This document shows positions 56,101-64,000 of a stretch of 64,000 bases of DNA, one piece after another. A program made the translations under genes and the position numbers. The stretch comes from Nageia nagi (taxonomy: Eukaryota; Plantae; Pinophyta). The notes beneath the pieces were generated by a model, which was not told the DNA's origin, searched no databases, and saw only the letters and a list, made by a program, of their open reading frames with translations. Positions within the stretch are counted from its first letter, which is position 1, and every line of letters starts with the position of its first letter. The stretch is taken from contig JBITNC010000001.1 in NCBI GenBank assembly GCA_050084985.1, forward strand, positions 148,800,001-148,864,000, in the 5' to 3' direction.

Positions 56101-59100
56101 TTACCCAACTTCCTTTCATCAACATGGGATCTTGACTTGCATTTCTTGTGTAACAACAAATAGACTAAGTAGGAATTCATATAAAACCTTTTGGAAGATC
56201 CCAAATATGCTAAATGTGAGTGCAAGGCATTACTAATGACTCAACTCTATCTTATGATTATCCCATGGCTGATCATGGCTATGAAGCCAGTAAATTCTTT
56301 TCTATATTTTGCATCATTTTCTTGCCAGTGACTCTGGATAGTAGAGTCATTAATTTGGACAGCGTGGGGTTGAACTCTTCTTTTTTGGCACTGATAAGTC
56401 TTTGACCTTGAATGCCGTGGCAATCAGTGTATAGCCAATTTCTGATGTAATCTCTTGGCTTGGCAGTGCTATCATGAAATTCCATAGAATTTTTCTTCTG
56501 TGTACTCATCCCCTTCATTTTTCTAGCCAAAAGCCTCTTCAATTCCCTCTGGATTGAAGTCCATGATCACATTCCCTTCCGTGTCTCTTGTCTAGCTACT
56601 TCATAGCATAAATCAGGAAATGGAACAACAAATGGGATCATGGCAACATTAAACAACCCACAGGAATGGATGACTTCATTTCGTTAATCCTTCTGGCTAA
56701 TTCTAGATGAAGAGATAACAGATTGGACAAGATGAATGTTATCCCAATCATTGTCTCCAATGAATGTGAATCTCCCTTTGAATTTGACCTTATGGAAATC
56801 AAGCCTCTTTCTTTCTTCAATTTTCAGCTGGCTATCCTTGAGAAGCCTTTCCATCTAATCTTCAGAGATTTGTCTTTCAAAAACCTGCTTTTGGGGGTTC
56901 TTGGTCTTGGGTGTGCTAAATTTTGCTTTGGAGCTCATCTTCAATCAAGTAGAAACCCTCTGCAGAGTGATGTGGAGTGAGAAAATAGGCGTCAATTTCC
57001 CTCAGCACAACTCCAGGAAGCTGAATTTTGCAAGGTGAGTCCTTTTGTCTAGGAAGAAGATCAGGCGTCTTGGATGGAACAACTGCAATGGCCTTCAAAA
57101 TGTATGATTTTTCCCATTTTTATAAACCTGAAATGATGTATGTAAACTTGCAATTGGATGATAGGGTGGCTCAATGCATGTAGTGACACTTGGCAGCTCA
57201 TCAATCTTACCCCTAGCCATCCAATGCGTAGCCAAATTTGGACATGTTTGCACTTGGGCACACTGTTTCTAATTATTGCTTTTGCACACCCCCAAAATGG
57301 TTTGACTAGCTACCTGGATCTGTCTCACACTTAGACAATTTGAATGCACTTGTGGATTTGGGCATACCTTTTTCTATGGGTGCTTTTCACTAGTCAAAAA
57401 CCATACTCCGTTGTCAATCAGGTTGAAAAGCAGAAAAAGATGAAATGAAATGTGACAAATGAGTCCTTTTTCATTGCCTGAAAATGATGGGACTTGGGTG
57501 TCCTTGTTCTAAGGAGTGGATTGATATTTTAGATTTTGGTCAATGACATGTGTCGCTTCAAGATTGGTCAACAATAATGTCCAATGCATGTCTAGGATGA
57601 GGGATGCACCTTTTTACTTGAGTCACTTTTTACCCCTCTAAATCCATGCGCCCAATGTACACTTAGAAAATTGGAATTTGCTTTTAGGATTTAGTCAAAT
57701 TTAGTGCAAGAAAATAACTTCGAGGACTTGGGCACATCGTTTTTTGATGAGTGCTTTTGCACTCCCATAAATCCATGCGTGTTACTTAGAAAAGTTTCGA
57801 TCCAATTTTGCTTTCCAAGGTTGGGCGCACCATTTTTTATGAGTGCTTTTACACTCCTTCGAAACCATGTGCTCTAGCACTTAACCAAATATTTTTTTAT
57901 TTGCTTAGACCAATATGCTCCAAATATTTCACACACTTAGACAAATTGTCAAAAATTTGCACTCACATAATCACAGGCGCACCGTTTTGAGTGAGTGCTT
58001 TTTGCTCTTTTGTGAAAGCATGCTCCTGGGCTAGTAACTTAGCCAAATTTTGACCAATGCATTCTTTTATACCTCCTTCTATACTTAGTCAAATTTCTGC
58101 CCAAAGTGATGCACTTGGAAGGCTAGCACGCCACTTTTGGGTGAGTCCTTTTTCACTGCCTAAAAACATGTACCCAACTATTTTTGGACCCAAATTGCTC
58201 AATTATTAATGCCAATGTAGAAAAAATGACTTGAAATGCAATAAAGATGGTAATTGCATCGTTTTGAGGTCGTGCTTCTATATTCCAGCAAAATTAGATG
58301 CAAAATGAAAGTGACATGACTCAGAATGCAAAATGAATTAGCATGAAGCCTTCGATACTATGCATCCCCCCCAAAGGATAGGTGTCACATGCCTATTGGT
58401 GCAAAAGGTGGTCTAGTGCATTCAGAGACACTTATTTACTCCCCAATGTATGCTCAATTTCTCAATGACTTAGTCAATTTTAGCCCTTCTAAATATGGTC
58501 AGGCCATTTCTAATGGGTGCCTTTTCACATTATGCAAACCATGCCTAGTCGCACAATTTTGGAGGATGCTTTTGCACTCACTTGAAATGGTGCACCTAAG
58601 TACTTAGCAAAATTTTCCAGAGTTCTAGAGGCCTTCACTTATGTGGTCGCATCGTTTTAGAAGAGTCCTTTTTCACTACACAAAAACGATGTGCCCAGGC
58701 CAAACACTTAGTATAATTTCTCCATAATGAGCTAGAATGATCTAGAATGCATGACTCATTTGGTGATTATGGAGTGATCAACTGATAGTAAAACTTATGA
58801 TTTTACACATGAAAATGCAGACTCTACTTGTAAAGATGTAGATTTTCAACCAATTGCACCATTTTCAGCGATTGCTTTTGCACTTAGTTAGAAACATACC
58901 CTCATGATTTAGAAAAATTTCCACGCTTGATTCTGCCAAAGTATGGATAATTTCAGCCAGTTATACCTCCAATTTCACTTGAATGGATGCATTTGATAGG
59001 AAAGATTTATGGAAAAAAATTGGGGGTTATTGTGTATGCACAATAGATTACGAGCGACTTCAACAAATTGGGAATTTGTAGACTCGATACTTGGAGGATA

Positions 59101-62100
59101 GAACAAATCCTCTTTCATCTCTAAGCTCTTGATTGCGTCGTTAGGCTCCAAAGGGTTTTTATGGACACTATGCCTCACTCAACATTTGGGAGTTTCTTGC
59201 TCGCGTTTGGTGAGGTACACGACTTTATTATTCTGAATGGTATTGCTTGGTTCCTCAACTCTTGACATCATATCTGCTTTCAATATGGTGATTGCTTTAG
59301 TGTAGTTGACTACATCCTTTCTAGTCGTTACTTCATCCCTCACTTCTAAACCTTTCATGTCGCTCCATGTATCCCCCTTGCCAACCACACCCTCCTAGCA
59401 TTCTCTCTCCTAGTTTAGCTGGCCCCTCGTACTCCCGCACTTCACCCCCCCCACTCCATCTTTCCCCTATACGATCATCCACAATGGTTCGACCCTTACC
59501 CCCTTATATAACCATATCTTGAAACAAAGACCCCAATACATGCACTCTTTCTCTTCCATTGATGCCCAAGTCCTCTTTCTTTTTGACACCCTTCGTTCTA
59601 CAACCCTTTGAGCTTTCCCCACACCACTTGCGCATTGCCATGCACCCAACCACTAGGACATTGCTCGATGAACTAGTGGTTTGACACATATTGTAAGGAC
59701 AATCATTGCTGCCTCAAGCATGCTGTTACCCTTCATTCACCCACTCCCTACATTGGTCCTACTATCACCTCCTAAGGATTAAGAAATGACATTTCTTAGC
59801 CAAATTGTATTAAAACATGGACATTTATTATGTTTTAAGGAAAGAAAATAGATTAATAACCAATATGCATTATAGGATCTAGTGATTAGGGTAAGAAATC
59901 CAACAAGAGGAGATGGGTGTAAGTTTTATATTTTTCATACTTGTTTTAATCCTTTAGAGTGTTGGAATGTGGTAGATTAGTAGCCATGGCTAAGCTTAAT
60001 ACCCACCTTTGGAAGGTGAATTGGAGCATCACACATTTGCATTATATATTTATGTTTTGGGTCTATGGTTTTGTATAGCTTGGGGTTAATATATTTGAAG
60101 TTTCTTGCATTCCTTATCCTGATTTGACAATACAAAGTACCTATTTGGATAGTGGAGGATTTGAAGCTTGCCGGTGGGCAATTTGTGATCTTGGAGTGAG
60201 AATCTTAGCTACAACCATGTGACAAATACAAGTGATTTTATATATAGTTTTAAAGATAATTTTAAGATGATGAATTTGAAAATGATAATTTTGAAGATTT
60301 CGTGTTGGATGATGCTAGAATTGATATGCAAACATTTTAGAATGGATTGGTTAAAATGTAGGGGTCATTAAGCCTCAAACCAAAAGTGTACATGTTCTAG
60401 GCATGGGATGCAAGAGCATTGAGCATTTTGAGCTTGGGTGATATAATGTTGGGTATTTTGGGTTTGGGTGCTAGAACTTAGGGCGTACTTGGCTTGGGTG
60501 CTTGGAATGTTGGGTTTTCTAGCTTGCATGCTTGTTTTGACCTACGTTTTGCTTCTTTCACCTCTTGGATGCTGTTGACGATAATTATCACAATGATATT
60601 GCCGTTTTCCTTGGATGAACTTTGACAATGATAATTCTTGACAATTGGTCATAATATTTCCTTGTTATGATTTCTTGATTGGGTAGTGTTTTATAAAGAT
60701 TTTGCAAATTGGATTTTTTGTTCACCTAGGTGGATGCATTTGTAACAATGTGCATAGAAGATAATGCTAATTTAGAGTAAATCACTTAAATTTGATTTAC
60801 CCAAAGTGGGTCCAGATTGACATTTTTCATAAATAAAAGAAAACACTTAAAACAAAATTATTTAAATAGCCAAAATGCAAATTTAAACGTCTACACTATT
60901 TTACCTAATGAGGGTAATATAATTTGGAAGGTTGAGAATATAAGCCAACTTCATTTTATCAATATTTATAGTGAAGCATCTTTACTTGTTGGGAATAGGA
61001 CTTTCATTATTTCGTCATCTGATTGATTCTGATAGTGAGTCCAACATATTGGACTCAAAACATTAATCTTCTAACTGTTCATGCAGTCACCCAAAAACTT
61101 TGAATTCAATATATACATATTGCCCAGGAAATGCTAGTGCATCTAAATTTGTGATCTAGATGTTGTCCAGTCGTCACTCATCTTGAATTTCTGGAATAAT
61201 GGTTTTATGTATTTTATTAGAAATGCAAAATGCAATGATTTGTTTGCCTAAACTCTACTTTTAAATATCCATATTGGCCTTTAACAATTATTTAATAAAA
61301 ATATACAAAGATGATAGTTCACCTTTTGTATTGCATTGGCATCGCTTCTAGTGATGACAAGTTCAATAAAACACATGTACAAACAAAATCACAATGTCAT
61401 TACTTTACTTTTTATATAGCGATTTTGATTTGAATGATTTGTGTATGTCCCAAACCTCAAACTTTTGATTATTTTGAAATACTAGGTTCTTGGAGCCTGC
61501 TATAGCGCACAAAAAGAATCGACCTATTCATAAACTATGTGTTCTTTGTTGGAAAATAAGGATTTTATTTATTTATTTTAGCTTTAGTGTTTGCTTCTCC
61601 GAAATGACTAGGCTGAAAATACTTAGAAACATCATGATCAGATATTGTTCACATTGTCTTCTATATTTACCCTTTTATGGTTAAGATGGAGCTTGCTCAT
61701 TATTCACATCCTACAAGCTGGAGTAAAACTCCTTTGGAGTCTTTAGTTGAGCTTTTGGAGCATCATTCTAAAGCTGTGTTTAAGCATCAGCTTGCCCCAT
61801 GCCAAGTTCACAAAGCTCATCCTTCTCCACATTCTGCAAGATGCAGTTAAACCACAATGCACTCCTTTTAGCTGCATCTGAGCTTCATGCTAAGGCTGAT
61901 TTTGAGCATCAGCATATTCCATTCCAGTTCTTGAATATTTTCTTTGGTGTCATTATCACAATAGCTTGTTGAGAAGTGCTAAAATCCTGAAAAACACCAA
62001 TTTGTGCAGAGGGTTTTGTTTGTCTAAACACCTCAGAATATATAGGAATATCTAAATAAGACCGTGAAGTATTTGAAACGAGTTGTGTTCTATATATCAC

Positions 62101-63082
62101 CAAAACATCCCTACAAACAATAATCTTATTAGTGGATACATCTTGCGACTGGCAAGCTTTTAACTACTCACTACAATCAGCAATGAAATATGCTTGCAAT
62201 TTGCATTTACCTTGAACCTTATTGTTAGGAAATAAAGCATATTCTACTGAACCAGAAACAGGAAGGGTTAATCATCTTGGGCTTACTTCCTGACCATACT
62301 TCGTCTTCAAGAGTGACATCCTTCAATGGATCTGGATACAACTAACCAGGTAAACTGCCATATATACGTTTGCTTAATGCTTTCATGGCACTCCAAAGGC
62401 TATTTAGCATACCTGCCCATGTCAACAATTGTGCTATTCATACTTTCAGCCATCCCATTTGGAGTGTGGTGTGCAAACAGGACACATCCTTCAAATCCCA
62501 AACTGTTTGTTCTGCTTTTTGAATTTTCAACTTAATAAAATACCAGAACATCACTCTACTAATGAGCTACTGTCCCTCTTATGGGTTCGGTTTTATTATG
62601 ACTGTGATTTGCTTCTCCAAAATAAGTGTGACTTTATATTGAATGCTTATTTCAGTGGTTTCATTTTTTCACGTTGTGTGAACTTGCATTTGATATCCTT
62701 TCTCATATGTGCAGTCTGCTCTCTGTCTATTATGTGGCAACCATGTCTTGTCTTGGAACATTATGCTTGTATGAAAGTTCTTAAGAAAAGCAAGATATTT
62801 GTGATGTAAAGATTACATTTTTTCTTCATCCTACCAACCGTTTTAGTTGGAGTGTAAAGCAGATTCAGAAGCTGATCCATGGGCAAGCGAAGCTGAAGTG
62901 GAATTCATTGAGCCATTAGATCCTTTACAGATGAGAAAGTTTCTGAATTTGGTGAGTTCATTGTCACTTGAAGTTGAAGGTGTAACTGGTGCAAGGACAG
63001 TTAGGTGTCCTAACCATTTTCTGATGATATGCTTGAATTGTTGGCTTTAACAGGTGGAATTTGTCCAAGAATTGTTGTCTGG
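2231..63082 (+). CDS. PRKDC: DNA-dependent protein kinase catalytic subunit (DNA-PKcs), 5' portion: 13 exons, ~635 aa of the N-HEAT region, 3'-incomplete
   Basis: GT-AG exons join in frame: 2231-2548, 13453-13636, 14314-14532, 14737-14826, 16636-16729, 16824-16887, 30342-30401, 30523-30698, 32053-32170, 32301-32436, 49115-49444, 62863(or 62847)-62951, 63054-63082. Peptides match remembered human DNA-PKcs motifs in order: CLNFLSDFIRRIGERVLPYASLVK ~ [47 protein letters not shown] ~ [42 protein letters not shown] ~ CAHTNVELKKAALSALESF; PLWKHYVELWSQLMS ~ PTYKDYVDLFRHLLS; FLNLVEFVQELL ~ FINLVEFCREIL. Confidence 0.92.
4908..7075 (-). mobile_element. Solo LTR, family C copy 1 (~0.94 kb net), containing nested solo LTR A1
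   Basis: Termini TGTAAT...ATTACA; perfect TSD CAATG (4903-4907 / 7076-7080); minus-strand TATA-like motif near 6855. Confidence 0.85.
5507..6725 (+). mobile_element. Solo LTR, family A copy 1 (Gypsy)
   Basis: T(A)TGATG...TTACA; perfect TSD TTTTC (5502-5506 / 6726-6730); similar to copies at 23122, 25383 and 51990; internal ~30-bp CCCACGTTGG subrepeats. Confidence 0.85.
7551..7691. mobile_element. hAT-type MITE (141 bp)
   Basis: TIRs CAAGGTTCCA / TGAAACCTTA; perfect 8-bp TSD CTCAAAAA (7543-7550 / 7692-7699); repeated GGGAAC subterminal motifs. Confidence 0.8.
8771..8932. repeat. Foldback inverted repeat with ~63-bp arms
   Basis: ACTAGCT..ATCTTAAATATATAT..CAAAACGT..AGAGGTATCAAT..GTGCCT pairs with AGGCAC..ATTGATACCTCT..ACGTTTTG..ATATATATTTAAGAT..AGCTAGT. 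Confidence 0.8.
8933..9500 (-). repeat. Dispersed repeat family E, copy 1
   Basis: Reverse complement of the block GTTCACCTAGGTGGA...CACTTAA..TTGATTTACCC, with ~30-bp subrepeats also seen at ~28530 and ~60200. Confidence 0.65.
10120..11840 (+). mobile_element. Degenerate retroelement (family F copy 2): accessory ORF followed by LINE-like A-rich 3' end
   Basis: LKHFLRHCRGCD...VIKYFTLDSRCLVIFGPHLVLLSHFR...HQGLI followed by a low-complexity charged tail; ends AATATAATTTACCTATTAGCAAAAAA. Confidence 0.55.
11841..12480 (+). pseudogene. PIF1-type helicase fragment (Helitron or PIF1-carrying transposon remnant)
   Basis: LPLVMEKPFY...QQRFCQLLTNFRDAKPTIEDWQLLM, plus frameshifted IHLF and NG-x-LG-like motifs. 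Confidence 0.65.
13453..13636 (+). CDS. PRKDC: DNA-PKcs exon 2 (VKCIGIFRREDSRTVQAAALNPL...ARTSGT)
   Basis: Acceptor ggacag|GTT; donor T|gtattt (phase 1); resembles human [23 protein letters not shown]. Confidence 0.88.
14314..14532 (+). CDS. PRKDC: DNA-PKcs exon 3 (LRAHILMVIG...GAIKCLDSLLCWFDRTMPAG)
   Basis: Acceptor ctgtag|TG; donor G|gtacct; resembles human GCLKGLSSLLCNFTKSM. Confidence 0.9.
14737..14826 (+). CDS. PRKDC: DNA-PKcs exon 4 ([30 protein letters not shown])
   Basis: Acceptor gtgtag|GA; donor G|gtaagc; contains DLKRY motif. Confidence 0.92.
16636..16729 (+). CDS. PRKDC: DNA-PKcs exon 5 ([31 protein letters not shown])
   Basis: Acceptor atcag|CG; donor TG|gtcagt (phase 2). Confidence 0.9.
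16824..16887 (+). CDS. PRKDC: DNA-PKcs exon 6 ([22 protein letters not shown])
   Basis: Acceptor ttgcag|C; donor GAA|gtaagg (phase 0). Confidence 0.9.
17121..17175. repeat. Compound microsatellite (GT)7(AT)~20
   Basis: Direct reading. Confidence 0.95.
18340..18863 (+). pseudogene. Ty1/Copia RT-RNaseH 3' fragment; continues at 25293-25370
   Basis: Frameshifted GGVVSW, ALSTTKAKFMA, AFHCKTNHI, YHFIIDMVE, NVADLVTKS motifs; resumes after the B1 insertion with KGLVAS and PPT CAAGTGGGAGAT|TG. Confidence 0.85.
19670..19830 (+). repeat. Tandem minisatellite, ~8 x 19-21 bp (AAAAAACTCATGATTTCAC)
   Basis: Direct reading; lies inside LTR B1. Confidence 0.85.
21059..23118 (-). mobile_element. Solo LTR, family B copy 2 (inverted, ~2.06 kb, shorter than B1)
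   Basis: Ends are reverse complements of B1 ends; TSD ATATA/ATATT; internal ~185-bp GCGCCTA-containing repeats. Confidence 0.8.
23122..24484 (+). mobile_element. Solo LTR, family A copy 2
   Basis: T(T)TAAC...ATTACA; TSD TAATA (21052-21056 / 24485-24489) once B2 is removed. Confidence 0.8.
25383..26626 (-). mobile_element. Solo LTR, family A copy 3, flanked by a ~311-bp direct duplication
   Basis: TGTGATG...CATCACA; 25068-25378 repeated at 26627-26937. Confidence 0.8.
26930..27214 (+). mobile_element. Probable 3' LTR of the Copia remnant (~285 bp)
   Basis: Follows PPT AAGTGGGAGAT; imperfect inverted termini TGTTGTATCA...TGATGCTACA. Confidence 0.55.
27402..27483 (+). repeat. Perfect 41-bp tandem duplication
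   Basis: CACCTATGGACGAAGCATATGGAATATAACATGATGAACAA x2. Confidence 0.9.
28530..29170 (+). repeat. Dispersed repeat family E, copy 2
   Basis: Shares GATAATTTTGAAGAT, GCTAGAATGTTGGG subrepeats and GTTCACCTAGGTGGA with copies 1 and 3. Confidence 0.65.
29820..30285 (+). pseudogene. Ty3/Gypsy reverse-transcriptase fragment
   Basis: KKDGMLRLCIYY..IKNNYPFPGINELLDEL..YFSKL..HYEFV..MNDIF..LDKLVVIFLD. Confidence 0.85.
30342..30401 (+). CDS. PRKDC: DNA-PKcs exon 7 (IVICIVSDDHRVKNPQQIYM)
   Basis: Acceptor gccag|ATA; donor ATG|gtgaga; phase 0/0 and about the length needed to fill the alignment gap; weak sequence similarity. Confidence 0.75.
30523..30698 (+). CDS. PRKDC: DNA-PKcs exon 8 (KIFSDALGVLDSPGTDPKLTSLAILTMGKL...GGSFH)
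   Basis: Acceptor caacag|AAA; donor AG|gtttat (phase 2); resembles human KELSIAIRGYGLF. Confidence 0.85.
32053..32170 (+). CDS. PRKDC: DNA-PKcs exon 9 (RDHNG...FADMVVYLDNVENYVVSLLAK)
   Basis: Acceptor ttgcag|A; donor AAG|gtttca; resembles human VASVLLYLDTVPE. Confidence 0.88.
32301..32436 (+). CDS. PRKDC: DNA-PKcs exon 10 (AVGNTFHGFPYLFPKQR...VFLNNI)
   Basis: Acceptor ttgcag|GCT; donor G|gtagta; resembles human IDSFPQYSPKMQ. Confidence 0.9.
32564..32668 (+). repeat. 53-bp tandem duplication
   Basis: ATGATTATTTTGAAGAATGCATATGAAGAATCATTGTTTCCATCAATGGATA x2. Confidence 0.9.
34130..35630 (+). repeat. Array of ~50-bp hairpin units in D1
   Basis: Repeated GTCGCATG-TTTT-N-GAGTCCTTTTGCAC-N-AAAA-GGTGCGAC palindromic units. 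Confidence 0.75.
35685..39244 (+). pseudogene. Degenerate ~1,180-codon ORF of element D1 (unknown retroelement accessory protein)
   Basis: Begins MASNIRAPP; blocks CGLFNVAMMPFVVPFPDLC, FYMNSYLVYLLLH and YIRVYG..LLPRYASDRLILMEFARQ are conserved in D2; acidic/Ser-rich middle, helical C-terminus; multiple stops and frameshifts. Confidence 0.7.
41058..41245 (+). repeat. Imperfect ~97-bp tandem duplication
   Basis: AATGTCAGGAT..GGTCATATTTCAGAGTT..CCTTCAGCTA..AAACCAATCTTTTGCA x2. Confidence 0.75.
42197..45229 (+). mobile_element. LTR family B copy 3 (5' terminus eroded)
   Basis: AAATACAAGATTTTGGGGACCCTATTTTTG start; TATAAATAG near 44303; ends GAGGAAAGATTTCCATCCCAAC. Confidence 0.75.
45255..46433 (-). 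mobile_element. Solo LTR, family C-like (1.18 kb)
   Basis: TGTAATG...GGGGACATTACA; degenerate TSD GGCCT/GGTGT; minus-strand TATA near 45960. Confidence 0.65.
47560..48230 (-). pseudogene. Ty3/Gypsy reverse-transcriptase fragment
   Basis: KEEIQKLLDVGFI..SEWVSPIVVSRKKNGKIRICVDY..KTTYTTPWGMFTYQVMPFGLCNA..VFLDDF. Confidence 0.9.
49115..49444 (+). CDS. PRKDC: DNA-PKcs exon 11 (AWSSLERVM...LWKHYVELWSQLMS...VFDCLVRSTMKAIAELNLKY...EEQ)
   Basis: Acceptor ttgcag|CT (phase 1); donor G|gtttta at 49445, with an alternative AGG|gtgaaa at 49396; resembles human LYDEFVKSVLKIVEKLDL. Confidence 0.85.
50030..50816 (+). pseudogene. LINE fragment: ORF1 end plus APE-endonuclease N-half
   Basis: FVDEDLT (ORF1-like); LWNCN..IKTH..SGMVFLV..CYFP..SPYLNL..GKIML, which continues as T-(G>S)DFN at 59051 after D2. 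Confidence 0.7.
51990..54750 (-). mobile_element. Truncated non-autonomous Gypsy element: protease, 30-bp tandem array, PPT and family-A 3' LTR (51990-53379)
   Basis: VLIDLGASHNFID...HIILGMQWL protease; PPT GAGAGGGGAGGC next to LTR TGTAAG; no RT or integrase core. Confidence 0.8.
53800..54332. repeat. Tandem array of ~30-bp units (CCAACGTGGGGTGCCAAATCTCCTCCTTG-like, ~17 copies)
   Basis: Direct reading; 60-bp higher-order periodicity. Confidence 0.85.
57250..58900. repeat. Hairpin-unit array in D2
   Basis: About 12 units with GAGT(G/C)CTTTT(G/T)CAC loops and GCGCAC/GTCGCA...GTGC arms. Confidence 0.7.
59051..59770 (+). pseudogene. LINE endonuclease C-half remnant
   Basis: xDFN, YG.., ILNG, SVVDYIL motifs, frameshifted. 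Confidence 0.6.
60200..60900 (+). repeat. Dispersed repeat family E, copy 3
   Basis: Same blocks as copies 1 and 2. Confidence 0.65.
62847..62951 (+). CDS. PRKDC: DNA-PKcs exon 12 (...DSEADPWASEAEVEFIEPLDPLQMRKFLNL); 5' edge ambiguous, 62847 or 62863
   Basis: Donor TTG|gtgagt; acceptors ttttag|TTG (phase 0) or aagcag|AT (phase 1); resembles human LHPAKPKDFSAFINL. Confidence 0.8.
63054..63082 (+). CDS. PRKDC: DNA-PKcs exon 13, 29-nt micro-exon (VEFVQELLSG)
   Basis: Acceptor taacag|GTG; donor GG|gtgagt; resembles human VEFCREILP. Confidence 0.85.
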
Positions 63083-63469
63083 GTGAGTTTATTTAATCCT
63101 TCTTTTATGATTTACCTGCTCATCATTGTTCAATGTTGTAGTTATGTAAATATGCATGTACATCTGTTTTAAGCTGGAAGCTTCCTCACATTGTTACTGC
63201 TGCTTTGAAAATATCTTAAAGATTATTAAGGTATAGTAACAGCTTCTTTATATGAAATTTTGGAAAAGGTAATCCGTATTTCCTATGGGCAGAAAAAAGA
63301 GGGGAATTGGGGGAATAAAATAAAAGATGACATGGAAAAGGAATAAAGGGTAGTTTTAGTTTGGGAAACAAGTTATATTAGTGAAGAACTGCTGCTGTTT
63401 TGATGGCTTGTGAATAACCAAAACGCTTACTCATCACATACAGAAAGAAAGAAAGAAAATACATTAATG

Positions 63470-63990
63470 TCCACGGGTGATCAAAATGAAGAAATAAACG
63501 AAATTGCCAACAACGAGGTGCAATCTCCAAACAGACCAAAATTACCAAATTGACAGTTTATACTATGGCGAATATGTGATGAACAATATCGTGAGCTTAA
63601 GACAAACTATGGGGTGTTATATATCATTGGAAAGGTATTGAAAAGACCTTTCTAACGGTGTATGGCGATTTAGAAAAGGAGATGTAAATCTCTGGCGATT
63701 CTTGACGATATGAGACACTGTCTTTGGTGATCAAACGACAGTTTCGCAGCAGTAATACCTCACAAAGAATGGGATGTCACTATGGCGATTCTTAACGAAA
63801 GTATAGTGTGTAATATACTGTTGCAAAGGTTTAAAAAAAAACTATCTAATGATTGGTGGCGATTTGCAAATAGCTCAATAAAACTCTAGGGAATTTTGGC
63901 GACACAAGACACTGTTGTTGACAATCCTAGACTTGACAGAATGGTGATTTGCATTGGATGTTCGCTCTATCTAAATTATTGCAAATTTGC
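63470..63990. mobile_element. DNA-transposon-like remnant with repeated TGGCGA(TT) motifs
   Basis: At least 6 TGGCGA copies plus ATATCATTGGAAAGG..CCTTTCTAACGGT palindrome; termini not defined. Confidence 0.35.
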
Positions 63991-64000
63991 ATACTATACC

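Larger units (their letters stand above)
50817..59045 (-). mobile_element. Family D copy 2 (inverted); part of its ORF replaced by a Gypsy fragment
   Basis: Termini match the D1 ends; TSD GCTTA/GATTA; removing it restores the LINE endonuclease GKIML-T-xDFN motif; ORF from ATG 56938 to ~54750. Confidence 0.8.

Noticed and set aside
62229-62349. Longer candidate exon ending at CAG|gtaaac (62349)
   Set aside because: Stop codons in all three frames from the 62229 acceptor.

Overview
AT-rich, CpG-depleted eukaryotic DNA. Giant TE-filled introns and plant-type LTR, LINE and PIF1-helicase remnants suggest a large-genome seed plant, probably a gymnosperm (inference). The window holds the 5' part of one + strand gene. 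Its 13 small GT-AG exons (2231-63082) can be chained in frame (the exon 11/12 junction is ambiguous) into about 635 aa that align motif by motif with the N-terminal HEAT region of DNA-PKcs (PRKDC). The gene continues beyond the window. Four introns of 11-17 kb contain nested, degraded transposons: solo LTRs of at least three families with 5-bp target-site duplications (TSDs), two copies of a large TGTTG..CAACA unit (6.6 kb in the uninterrupted copy) carrying a ~1,180-codon degenerate ORF and a hairpin array, Copia and Gypsy pol fragments, a split LINE, a PIF1-helicase fragment and a hAT MITE. All homology calls were made by eye from remembered family sequences; no searches were run.
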